Below are positions 22,762 to 33,553 of a DNA stretch of 64,000 nucleotides, one piece after another. Made by a program: the position numbers and the translations under genes. The notes beneath the pieces are model-generated. The model made no database searches. It saw nothing but the letters and a program-made list of their open reading frames with translations, and had not been told where the DNA came from. Origin of the DNA: Cirrosporium novae-zelandiae (Eukaryota); contig JAPETS010000003.1 in NCBI GenBank assembly GCA_026023565.1, forward strand, positions 310,001 through 374,000, read 5' to 3'. The first letter of the stretch is position 1, and each line of letters opens with the position of its first letter.

Positions 22762-25322
22762 TTATCTTTTCGCAGCCTCTTTTCCTTTCCCCGTCTCCGC
22801 TCCCTGACCTGTCGCCGCGTTCGGGTTCAATGGCTTGTTTCGATCATAATTCAAACTCTTCACAATCCCTAGTCCTTTCGTACGCCCCTCACGGAATAGT
22901 ATGCGATCGCCGACGGTAAGATATTCTGGACGCTGCACAAACTGGAAAGCGACGAGGGCTCGATCTCCAGTCCGAATGTACTCGCGATCAATGTCAATGA
23001 TGGCGCACGTCTGGCTTACAGGGCCCACATGAAGCATGGCTTGGTATTTTGGTGTTATCGTTGTAGCATGGGAGAGAATGAGAACCTCAGCGACGAATTC
23101 CCTATAGACCTTTGGCGGCGTGTCAAATTTTGGCAAGACAACCATCCCTTTCCGAACTTCTTTTCTTCGTAACCGTTTCAGTGCAAACGAAGCAGAGTGC
23201 CCCGCAGACGCCACTTCTACGGGTATCCGTTTCCTTTCAATTGAACGGATCACAGTCGGGATGAAATTTCCTAGAGAGTCTGGACCAATGAATACGCCTT
23301 CCCCAGTATGTACTACCCCTAGAGGTGTTTATGTTAGTCAAATTCCAGTAAATGTAACCATGGTTTAAGCATACCACTCTTTACAACACCAGAGACAACG
23401 GTTCCGACAAAGGGAACAGAAAATGTATCGTTAACGTGGAATTCAAATGGTGCCTGCTCGTCATAATTTCCATGATGAGGTAGTATGTTCAAGAATGTTC
23501 GGACGAGGTCAAGTCCCTCGCCAGTGACATTAGATACTTGAAAGATGGGGCATATCCGCTGACTGACGAACTGAGTCTTTTTGGTGGAGGATGGTTAGCC
23601 TTGATAATACGTTGAAATGTTGTAAGACTTACGGCTGTGTCCACAGTTTGTTCACGATTCTTAATAAATACTGGTATTTTCCTGGCCCCTGGAGATTTCA
23701 AGACTCCTGTTAATTGTTTGATGGTCTCTTCCAAGATCTGTGGAGGGCAGATATCAATCTTAGTAACAACAACCATGACGGGGACATTAAGGGCAAGCGC
23801 AATCCCAAGATGTTCTCTACAGGCTACAGTTAGCATCACCAAAAATGGCTGTGTGTTAAACTCACTTGCTCATCCCTATTAAGCCATTATTTGCAGCAAC
23901 CATTAGCAAACAATAATTAGGGCTGCTACTTAGAAGTCCGAAGACGGTAGTTCTAAGGTATTTTTCGTGACCGGCTAAGTCGGTAAATGTAATTACTTTA
24001 GCCTAGATGAGTTGAAATTGGTCAGCTCGACATCGGGGAGGTGTGTAGATGTATTTAAAACGAATAGGAGAAGTATAGTTCCCGAAGGTTATAGAAAATG
24101 CCGACATGGATCAAGGCTTGTGAGAGGTGGTCTGCACATACTGAACGATGGCCGATCTCATCCCAAGAGAGTTTCCTCCCAGGAACATGTGGTTGGATAA
24201 CGTCTCCTTTAACATTGAATCCCATAATCTCCATTCCAACGGAACTAGTTCGACCGCTTTCAATTTCATGTTTATGTCGGAATAAATTGACTCGAGCCTT
24301 TCCGCGTCCATCGTCAAGATTACCTTTCACCAAGACACCAAGCATGGTACTTTTACCAGCGTCAACTACTATAATATTAGCGTAGATCTTGACGGTAAAA
24401 AGCATTCAAAGATTCGACAAGCCATCATAATAAGGTGTAGAATGTATTTTACGAGTAGTAGGTCGATACTCGCAGATCATAACAGCATCCAAACCAGGAC
24501 TCTTCGGTACCATATCCTGAGACATAAACTGGGATAAAAATAACTCCTTAACTGAAAATTGTTATCTTACCATTTCCGACAACAGCAATTCGAGTTTCAA
24601 TAACATCATCTATAGAAGCCGGTGTCTGTCGTATTATCATCCTCCCGGTTAGGCCCTTTTCTTTCTCATTGACAGTTTCTGCTTCTAGTTCGCCTCCAAC
24701 GTTCCTTGTGAGAAGCATTCGACATTCTGCATTTAGAGTGTTCGCTGCTTGGTGTATACGGTTCAAAGAAATGTCCCACTGTGTTTTGTCAAAGTCTAAT
24801 GATTCGCCTTTGTCGTCCAACCCGAGATCGAACAGTGTCTCGCCATGTCCTTCTCTCATACGCTCATCTAATAACTGGGCAAGTTCGGAGGCAGTTACTC
24901 CCTCGTCTGCAGAAGTATCGAGTAGCAAATCTCGAATTGGTGGATGATTTGATATGTCCAATAGATCAAGCTTATCCAGGAAGTCTAATTCATTCTGATC
25001 GCCAGTGATGGTTGAATGTGCGGTGGAATAACCACTATCGCTCGGTGGTGGAACATTAGAAGAACGCGAGGCAATCGCAGGATGCATCCTATAACCTTGC
25101 TGTCTCTCAACATAGTCGGCGAATTCGGTCAAAGCCTGTTACAGTTTAGCAGTGAATATATCTAGGCTTCCAGAAAGATGTGAGCCAATTGGAAATAGTG
25201 CTTTGCTGGCTATGTTGACAGGTAACCACATTGCAATGCGACTGTTAAAAGCAAAAGTTAAAGCTTACCGACTCTCCTTTGCGTCGGTCGAGCCCACTCT
25301 GTTTCTGCGCCCTCCCTGCCAT
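22762..25322 (-). CDS. GTP-binding protein 1 (GTPBP1/2-like translational GTPase), multi-exon
   Basis: [21 protein letters not shown] (G1), [30 protein letters not shown] (G3), TKID (G4), EF-Tu-like domains II/III ending [10 protein letters not shown]; first exon [18 protein letters not shown]. Confidence 0.92.
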
Positions 25323-26752
25323 GATGAAGTCGAGTGGATGGTTTAGATTCCCAAAGCGGAATAACGTCTGTACTTAGCGACGTCGAATTGTATGATAAAG
25401 GTTGTTCAGTAAAGCTATAGTAACATGATTGATGAAGCTCGAGATGGTATCAGAAAAAAAACGAGGTGGATTATAGTAATAGGAGGTAGAAAAATAATCA
25501 TTTATTTAAAGAGGGTGCAATGTTCTACAGAGGGAAACGGTTGAAATAAGCCAAGTAGCGGGAATCAATACTGGTGCCATGACGCATGTTATATTGAGTC
25601 ATAAAGCTTCTACTCTTATTAGGAATCCGTTATTGAGGCTGAATCTACAATAATGGAATCCCTGATTAGAATTTCTGTTTAGAATTTCTCTATGCAGGAC
25701 CAGTGCCTTTAAGACGACTTAAATTTCCATCATCTTCTAATGAGGGCCTTGGTAAAAATAACCCCAGCATTAGCATGCGACACAGCGCGCTCTAGTCCAA
25801 AATATTTCTCAGCTTGAGTCCATCTCCGAGAGCTTGTCTCTTTTTCATTATACTTTTAATCATAAGGCTAGGCTATTCTCGTAGGGCGGGTGGATATCTC
25901 ATGAGGGCGCTTGAGGGGAGATCAGGACAACCGAGTCACCTAAGAGCTCTAATTAGCTCTGCGGGGCGGATGTATGGAATTATCTCGGGTAATCAAACCT
26001 CGCACGAACAGCATCTCTGACTGTTTTTTGGTAGTCTATGGCTGGTGAGCAAGCGACAACTATGGATGAGAGAGGTAGAGGGCAGACTTTGACAGTTTCC
26101 TCCCCCTCTTCATCTTCTTCGATAATATAAATGGTCTCCTCCACATCGCCGAGTACCATATTGCAATGACTGTCGTATGCCTATTCTCAATTAAAAGTAT
26201 TAGAATACTTGTAGTTCTAGGAATGCTGGAAACAGACATGTAATCGACCCTTCAGTTCGCGATCTCCTCTAAGCTTCACGAAGACAACTTCATCCAAGGA
26301 CAGTCGCACTAAGTCGAGAGGTTCTGAGGCGGAAGCTAGGCCGCTATCTTCAACTTCTGCCATGGTGTCAGCGCCGATAAAGGCGGATCAGATCATGAGA
26401 ATTATCAAGACTTCAGACGTAGATAATTCTCCCAAAAAAGTTATTCGTGGGTTGCGGAATTGGGTGCGGAGGATTGAAGATCTGATTTACCGGATATAGT
26501 CTAGCCGCCGGGTAATTACATACACGGTATCCAGTAGATTACACGGTAAATTCGACGGCGATTACGCGATCGTTACACAATAGTTACAAGGAACCACCGG
26601 CCAAGAGAGAGAGCTGGAGCTTTTCGATAATCCAAAGTGTGGGAAGAAAAAGTTACAACTTTACCCTACCAATGCAATCACATCTTGTTCAACCACTATT
26701 TTCTATCTCTTGTATTTTTCAAATTCCCTATTGATGCGGCTAATCATCATTG

Positions 26753-28753
26753 ATGCGTGCTGCTGCCTTTCAGATCGAGACCCGTGATCCTCGTCTCGCT
26801 CTAGCAAAATGGAATCGCCTACCATTGGGAATCCTGCGTTCCCGCCAAACCCCCCTCGAACTATGTCAATCCCTTCATATCTCGATAAACCATTCTCCCC
26901 CAGATAAAAATGAGCCGGCAAATATTTTATCTCCTTCACCTCAACCCAACAAGCCGACTACTCCCATTTCAAATAAGCCCTCACCCGAGCTTAGAGCCCT
27001 CTTACGAGCATTGAAGAGACCGAATCCAGATGCGCTACTGAAGAATGTGACCAAACTCCCTACCGTGGAGTGGCAGACTATGCCCTATGCCGTTTTTCTG
27101 GAAGTGCTGAGAACCCTACATCCGAAATACTTCATCAACCCTTATAGAGAGATCGATCAAACGGTTTCTCCAGGAATGATACCAAAAGTTTATTCAAAAG
27201 GACATATTGAACTAGGAAAACGTTTCAAGCATTATTTAGCTCTCATCAAACACGTCGTAGCTGCCTACCGGACCGCACCTGACCGGAGGGGTAATCATAA
27301 AAGCAACAGGCTTGCCTCTGGGATAATTTCTTATAATTTGACTCTCGGTGCTATACGAACTACTGGGGATGGTGAAGGTGCGATAGCATTTCATAATCTT
27401 ATGCGGAAGGCTGGGACAAAACTAGATACGAAATCTTACAATTTCCTTCTGGAAGCACTGGGCATGACTGGGGTGTACACAACTGCCCAACGCCATAAGG
27501 TAAGGGCGATTCCGTACAACAAGGAGGCGAAGTCAAAGGAATTGGGGGTTCGAAACCAATCATTGAAGTATTTTGGTCAGATGATTGCGGATGGCATTGC
27601 CCCCGACGCAAGGACCTATGAGTTGGTAATGCTTTGTTTGGCTAGGACTGGTGACATTACTGCCGTAAAGGATATATTAAAACGGGTGTGGAATATCGAT
27701 GTTGATGCTGTTATAGAAAATGATGAATCCAGCTTGAACCCTGTTAAAAAATATCCCAATGGTGATCCTCTCAATCCGACCCGGAAACTACCATGGATTA
27801 TTGCGGAAATATTTGGATCCAACAATGATATTCCAACCGCCTTGAGACTTATTGATTACATCTGTCGACAATTTGAGTTACCAATCCAAAGGAAAGCCTT
27901 TGCGCGTCTTCTGGAATGGACATTCGTTCTCTCGAGGTATCGGTCTCCAAAACGGAGAGAAGATGGTGCTGCGGCTGGACAACTACCTGGAGGTGCCGTC
28001 GAGAGCCTTTGGAATGCAATGGTTTCTGAGCCCTACAACCTCAAGCCGAATAATCCAATGTACAACATGCTCATTAAGAGCCTGTCCGATAGAGATATGG
28101 CCCAAAAAATGGTTGAAAAGATGAGAGAGGGAAAGGCAGAGCATGACAGGATATTGGCTACCCTGAAAGACTTTAAAAGGCAGATACGATCTTGGCAGGA
28201 GGTTCCTTCGGTTCGAATTTTGATGGCGAAACAGGGGAAACCCCTTGGGGTACTCAAACGGCGGGCCCAAATAGCTAGTATGGAGTGTCGCCGCGACACG
28301 TTGCTTATTCGCAGATGGGTCCATCTCCTGCTCGGTAGTCATAACTGGCCAAAAGGTAATGGGGACCACAACGTTGAATGGCGGGTACTGCCTGCAGCGC
28401 TGGAGGAATTTGAAGAATTTCTCCCAAATCATGTGTCCTACAAGGTATCTGGAGGTAGAGTGGTGATCAAAATTCGAGAGAGATGGAAGGAACCTGCGGA
28501 CCAAGCCGAGCAGGAAAAAGAAGTCCCCCGTGACAACCAAGTGCAGAACTTGAAGACGAATAAGCCGTTAGCTGTGAAGGCGGAACCCCAAAAAGAACTC
28601 CATAACGGCAGAGGACTTTCGGACTCAGATATCGAAGTAGTCGACGACAGCACAGACTCGCTAGAAAAAACATTCGAAGGGATGTGGCACGAGATAAGGA
28701 AAACAGACATGAACATGATACCCAAACGAGCTAGAAAAAAAAGGTCCACATGA
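26753..28753 (+). CDS. Mitochondrial ATPase expression protein (ATP13/AEP2-type PPR protein)
   Basis: PPR-like repeats (SYNFLLEALG, PDARTYELVMLCLARTGD) and IFGSNNDIPTALRLIDYICRQFELPI...LLEWTFVLS, typical of the ATP13 domain. Confidence 0.75.
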   Translation: MRAAAFQIETRDPRLALAKWNRLPLGILRSRQTPLELCQSLHISINHSPPDKNEPANILSPSPQPNKPTTPISNKPSPELRALLRALKRPNPDALLKNVTKLPTVEWQTMPYAVFLEVLRTLHPKYFINPYREIDQTVSPGMIPKVYSKGHIELGKRFKHYLALIKHVVAAYRTAPDRRGNHKSNRLASGIISYNLTLGAIRTTGDGEGAIAFHNLMRKAGTKLDTKSYNFLLEALGMTGVYTTAQRHKVRAIPYNKEAKSKELGVRNQSLKYFGQMIADGIAPDARTYELVMLCLARTGDITAVKDILKRVWNIDVDAVIENDESSLNPVKKYPNGDPLNPTRKLPWIIAEIFGSNNDIPTALRLIDYICRQFELPIQRKAFARLLEWTFVLSRYRSPKRREDGAAAGQLPGGAVESLWNAMVSEPYNLKPNNPMYNMLIKSLSDRDMAQKMVEKMREGKAEHDRILATLKDFKRQIRSWQEVPSVRILMAKQGKPLGVLKRRAQIASMECRRDTLLIRRWVHLLLGSHNWPKGNGDHNVEWRVLPAALEEFEEFLPNHVSYKVSGGRVVIKIRERWKEPADQAEQEKEVPRDNQVQNLKTNKPLAVKAEPQKELHNGRGLSDSDIEVVDDSTDSLEKTFEGMWHEIRKTDMNMIPKRARKKRST

Positions 28754-28918
28754 TGATCATGGGTTGTACTGTACATTTGACATTGTATTTTATTTTACCT
28801 ACCTCCTTTCGACGGGTACAAAGGAACATGTAGACAATATTTTAAACAAAAAACCATAAACCAACATATCCACAGCTTAGTCCTTTAGTTGGTATACAAA
28901 CCCCCATCTCACCCACTC

Positions 28919-29906
28919 CTAAGACGCGGCCACCTTTTCCTTCCTCAGATCATTCACAAACATATACCTTCCTAGACTAATCCAACCCCAGCGAAACCAC
29001 CTCATCTGGCTCACATGCGCCTTTGTCATAGCCCCCCACGCACTCCCATACTCAGTCATCCCATTAACAAAAACCAACCTCTCCAGCCTCTTCCCCTTAG
29101 CCGTCTTGGCCTCGCTGTGGCCCCCGCTAAAAACGCCCTCCAGCATCGTCAACGTCGCATCCATAATCCCAGTATACTTCCTCAAAATCGACACCGACGT
29201 CAGCGTGTACAGCTGGACGGGGCACTCCCACCCGGTCTTTCCCTTCATCAGATCGAGCAGAAACGTCTTGGCGCCGTGGTACAAGCTCCGGTGATTCGGA
29301 TGCTGGCTGATACCGTAATCGTCAAAGGTGATGAGGGTGTCAATGGTGGCGGTAGGTTGTGCTCCAGCGCCCTGGGTGTTGTTAGGCGCAAAGGCGGAGG
29401 AAAGTAAAGCGGCGATAGCATAGCGATCCCACTCCTTCTGCATACTGTCAGGGAAGTGAGGGTCCTCCAGAACAAGAACGTCAGTCTCAGACCGCAGCCC
29501 CAGACGGAGAGCCGACTTTGTAAGTTCATGTTTGCGGATGTGCCCGAGGTGATCGGCGTCGCCTAGATTGCGGGGAGTCAGTTTCCTAAAGTAAAATAGA
29601 ACAATGCGACAGCAAAAATAACACAGCTTAAAGAATCCAATTGCCTTCCAAAAAAATCCAAGGACAAAAAAGCGATTATACCATACCATTGCTCAAACAA
29701 AGAATCTTGATATGATTCCCAAACTCCTCCTTGGTCAGCGCCAGCAGCGTCGGAGAAAAAAACATGGCCTCGTCATCTGGATGCGCAATTAGTAGGCAGA
29801 TACGCTTGTTGCGCAGTTTTGGGAACGTTGCGGCCACCGTGGCGGAGGTGTAGGCCCAAAGGATGAAGCCGAGAGGGAGGAGGAGGAGAATCGTCAGCAT
29901 TTCCAT
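28919..29906 (-). CDS. GPI12: N-acetylglucosaminyl-phosphatidylinositol de-N-acetylase (PIG-L)
   Basis: N-terminal TM, LLIAHPDDEAMFFSPT, CLSNG|DADHLGHIRKHEL, TFDDYGISQHPNH, AHVSQMRWFR. Confidence 0.93.
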
Positions 29907-30454
29907 TATGTATTGTGTGTATGTGTGTATATATTGTTGGTTCACTGTTATGTCATGTATGTAGGATGTGGTAGGCGGGAATTCAGATTCAGTGACGGTA
30001 AATTATTCGGATGACCTTGAGGTCCCATGTCCCTAAATTACATATAGTCTATGTAGACAGGAACGCAATTAGGTGGAGAGAAAGAAGAAGAAGAAGAAGA
30101 AGCCCCCACCTCCTTTATCGTCTGTTCATCAAGTGAGTTCCAAAAAGGCGGAGGAGGAGAAGGCCGGGGAAATGAACAATTAATGCACACCACGGATCGT
30201 GGCTCAATTATCGGGGCCTATGCAGAGCTGGGGTCGGTCGGTCCAGCCTCCGGCCGAGCCAACGGTCATGTCATCAAACTCTCGTATCTCGATCCATAGT
30301 TATCTAAAATATTTACAAGGTGATAATTTGCTCTACTTTCCTGTGTGGAAATTTAATTGATTGTTCATTGCTAGCTAGTCCTCCTCCTACTTCCAACATC
30401 CCCCTCCATCTCCATATTAAACCACAACCACCACCACACCCCCTCCTCGCAACC

Positions 30455-31144
30455 ATGAATCGCAAACAACGCCGGGCCGCCAAACCCACCACCGCCAGCG
30501 AAATCCCCATGGCACACCCACCATCGAACCCCATAAAGCCAGCCAAAACCCTCTACGAACTAGCCGCAGAACGCCAAGCCCTCCTCGACCAAGGAAAGCC
30601 CTTCTCCCCCTCATCCCAAACCGGAACCCCAAGCCCTAACTCCACCTCCACCTCGAAAAAACCCTCAACCACGTTCCGCATGAGCGAAGATGGAAAGTTA
30701 GAGGAAGTACCCGACGACGATGACCCGCTGGGCCCGTTTGGAAACAACCTATTTTTCGCCCTGACGCTGGGATGCCTGCATTTCACGCTGGATGTCCTCG
30801 TGCACCAGCAGTACCAGCAGGACATGGCAATGGCGTGGTCAGAGATCATCTGGAACACGCTCCGGGCGGTCCCCGTGCTGTTTATCCTGCTACACTTTGT
30901 CCATGCCCCCGAGCGGTCCGGGATGCTGGTGGCGCAGGTGCTGTTTCTGGGGACCAGCGTCGCCGGCGGGTGCTATCTGATCTACGCCGCCAACGAGCAT
31001 GGGTACTTTGCGGTGATGAAGAAGGCGCCCCCGCTGGGGACGCTGTGGATTTGGTGTGTGGTCGAGATGAGGCTGAATTTCGCTCTGGTGAGTTTGGCTA
31101 GTGTCGTGGGTTATGCCATGTGGAATGGGTATGGGATGTGGTAA
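30455..31144 (+). CDS. Conserved fungal membrane protein of unknown function
   Basis: MNRKQRR start in aaccATG context; KTLYELAAER, LHFTLDVLVHQQY, GYFAVMKKAPPLGTLWIW; several TM helices. Confidence 0.75.
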   Translation: MNRKQRRAAKPTTASEIPMAHPPSNPIKPAKTLYELAAERQALLDQGKPFSPSSQTGTPSPNSTSTSKKPSTTFRMSEDGKLEEVPDDDDPLGPFGNNLFFALTLGCLHFTLDVLVHQQYQQDMAMAWSEIIWNTLRAVPVLFILLHFVHAPERSGMLVAQVLFLGTSVAGGCYLIYAANEHGYFAVMKKAPPLGTLWIWCVVEMRLNFALVSLASVVGYAMWNGYGMW

Positions 31145-32194
31145 GGGTGGAAGGGGAAAAAGTTTTGGGGATTTATATAACACAATTTATCATCCTATAT
31201 ATAGGCGTTGTTTAAATTTAGTGTTTGGGAAAAAGGTGGACAACTCAACGTGCACGGGGGAGGGGAAACAGCATCTATAAACTCTTCTTTTAAAGAAAGG
31301 AAAACATTGCATTTACATGGAAAAAAAGGTACAACGGCCTTGGGGGGATATATATATATATGATATTTTACACGAGGAATACCAGACTTATAATTAATGA
31401 TCCACATGATTCATCGAACTACGACAAGGATTGAATGAAAACAATGATACGACAGTCTCCGGAAACGTTCATCTGATAATGAAATACCTCAACTAAACCG
31501 ATATCCATGGATCCTTTCCTAAAGGATTTTACTTTATTACTGGAAAAGTAAAATAGTTACCATACTCCGGGATATAGCAATAATACCCGTCGTGACTTGC
31601 CCTTCTAAAACGCGAGTTGGATTTGTGTTACCCTAAAGTTTGGAACGTGGAGAAGTGCCCCTATCCCTGTACCACTGAAAGGGTTCATCTTGAGATAACC
31701 ATATATGAACGTTGAAAAATTTAATGATCTTGTAAATATGATATCTGAGGCGTCAATCAACCTCTCATTAATTCCAAGCATATATGCTTGTTGATAGTCA
31801 ATGATACATAAAATAAACTCTGACCAGGAATCTCCTCTAGTCGAGTATGGTGGTATTCTCCATGTCATTAGCAATATTCACACCAGTTCCGTTTCCCCAT
31901 TCCCTTCCTTTTTTTGTTTGTGGTTCCGTGCCAATTTAGTGGCCGCCATGGACTCCGTGCCATACATACTCCATGACCCATTCAACACCATGCAAATAAA
32001 ATGATGGGACTCGCTTTTCCCATCGTCTCTAAACCCAAGATTCTAAGCAAAGTAAACACATGCAGCAATGGGGTATCCTTTGCCAATTGCGACCATGCAA
32101 TTCATAACATCATATCGTAACCACTAGATAGCGCAAGCAAGTAATGCACCAAAGGTACGCCAGACGAGACTTTCCAGCAAATAAGTAGTTACTC

Positions 32195-33553
32195 CTAAAC
32201 CATGTCGTCTAGATCTTGGTAGGAGGGCTCCGGAGATAGAGGAGGGCCAAAATATTCCTCAGAGACATAATGAGGTGGACTCGCTGGAACATCAGTATAC
32301 AGAGGTGGTTGCTCTTCATCCCAACTGATGCCTAGACCAGCTCGTTCGGTTAGGCAGAGATGGAATTGCATTCTAAGGACTCTAGCGGCTCCTGTAGGAG
32401 TCACCAACTTCGAATTCTTTGTGGGACAGTATTCCTCAGCCACGATGAGCTCAACAGTCAAGACATGTGAAACCTCCAGGCCGGTATCTGAAGTGACATC
32501 ACAAACAGGATTGCAGCCACCCCGAACGTTTGCAGTGAACTCCATGTCAATCTGCCCTCCTGGCGTATCAAAGTCGGTTTTCCACCCACTTTTCAATTCA
32601 TCGGAGCCAATTTCACGAGAAAATGTGTGAGAAACGCCCTTTCCATCACCACCAATCTTATGCGCATGCTTAGGACAAGCGGGGCTGATCATCTTTGTAT
32701 TCTCTTCAATCTTCCAACTCAGCCTCTTCAATCGCCACCGATTCTGGGTATCCTTCCCTCTGTCGACAACCCCTGAAACAGTCATCTCGACAGGAAACGT
32801 GCCAATTGGGTGGATCACTGGCTGCAACATGACACGGGCAGTAAGATTGGTAGGAGGGAATATCCGAACTGAGGATTTTTCGGGGCCAGGGAGGACTGCA
32901 CGCTTAACGTTGAGGACATGTTCATATTTCAATTCCACACCAGTTGTGGTTGTTGCATTGGCCACAAGAACGTACTCTACCAAGGCGAGCGCACTGCTTG
33001 TGCTAGCAGGCAAATGGCCAGGCATGAGATAACTGAAAGGGAATTGGTGGAGGCCATGTTGCAGAGGAAGATCCGCAGTGAGAAAATCCCATTTCTTAAG
33101 TTCGGTGGTTTTAGAAACACAATCTGGACAGTTTTTCTCAACTGGCTTCTTGGCAGTGACTTTGGCCACAAATCTCATCTCGAATTTCTGGAGCGTTACC
33201 GAAGTTTCTTCGACCGACAGCTTGACCTGACCGGATAATAAAGCGCCCGAGGATCGTTGAGGTGTGCCGTAAAAGGTAATTGGTGGAGATTCCATTTCCA
33301 CATCCAAATGTACAGGCTTAGATCCACTGGAACCTCCAGAAGAGGGTCTTTCGCGACGAACATCCCAACTCTTACGCTTTGCGGCTCGGAAGATATCCAT
33401 GTTGTTTGGAAACCGTGATTCAACCGGACTATAAGCAGGTGGATCGCTTATTATTTTAGACGAACGTGGTGAATTTGTGTGTGACGGGGTGTTGGATAAA
33501 GAGGCATTGAGATGGTGAGGCGGCCTCACGAGGTTAAAAAAAAGATTTGGCAT
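32195..33553 (-). CDS. LDB19: Alpha-arrestin trafficking adaptor (LDB19/ART1 family)
   Basis: MESPPITFYGTPQRSSGALLSGQ, FPFSYLMPGHLPAS, RIFPPTN, ERAGLGISWDEEQPPLY and PPHY PY motifs. Confidence 0.88.
   Translation of the reverse strand: MPNLFFNLVRPPHHLNASLSNTPSHTNSPRSSKIISDPPAYSPVESRFPNNMDIFRAAKRKSWDVRRERPSSGGSSGSKPVHLDVEMESPPITFYGTPQRSSGALLSGQVKLSVEETSVTLQKFEMRFVAKVTAKKPVEKNCPDCVSKTTELKKWDFLTADLPLQHGLHQFPFSYLMPGHLPASTSSALALVEYVLVANATTTTGVELKYEHVLNVKRAVLPGPEKSSVRIFPPTNLTARVMLQPVIHPIGTFPVEMTVSGVVDRGKDTQNRWRLKRLSWKIEENTKMISPACPKHAHKIGGDGKGVSHTFSREIGSDELKSGWKTDFDTPGGQIDMEFTANVRGGCNPVCDVTSDTGLEVSHVLTVELIVAEEYCPTKNSKLVTPTGAARVLRMQFHLCLTERAGLGISWDEEQPPLYTDVPASPPHYVSEEYFGPPLSPEPSYQDLDDMV

Noticed and set aside
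24372..24570. ~200-nt GTPBP1 intron as possible snoRNA host
   Set aside because: No properly placed C/D or H/ACA boxes seen
30320..30454. Upstream extension of the membrane-protein ORF
   Set aside because: GTG start in low-complexity leader; first ATG is 30455
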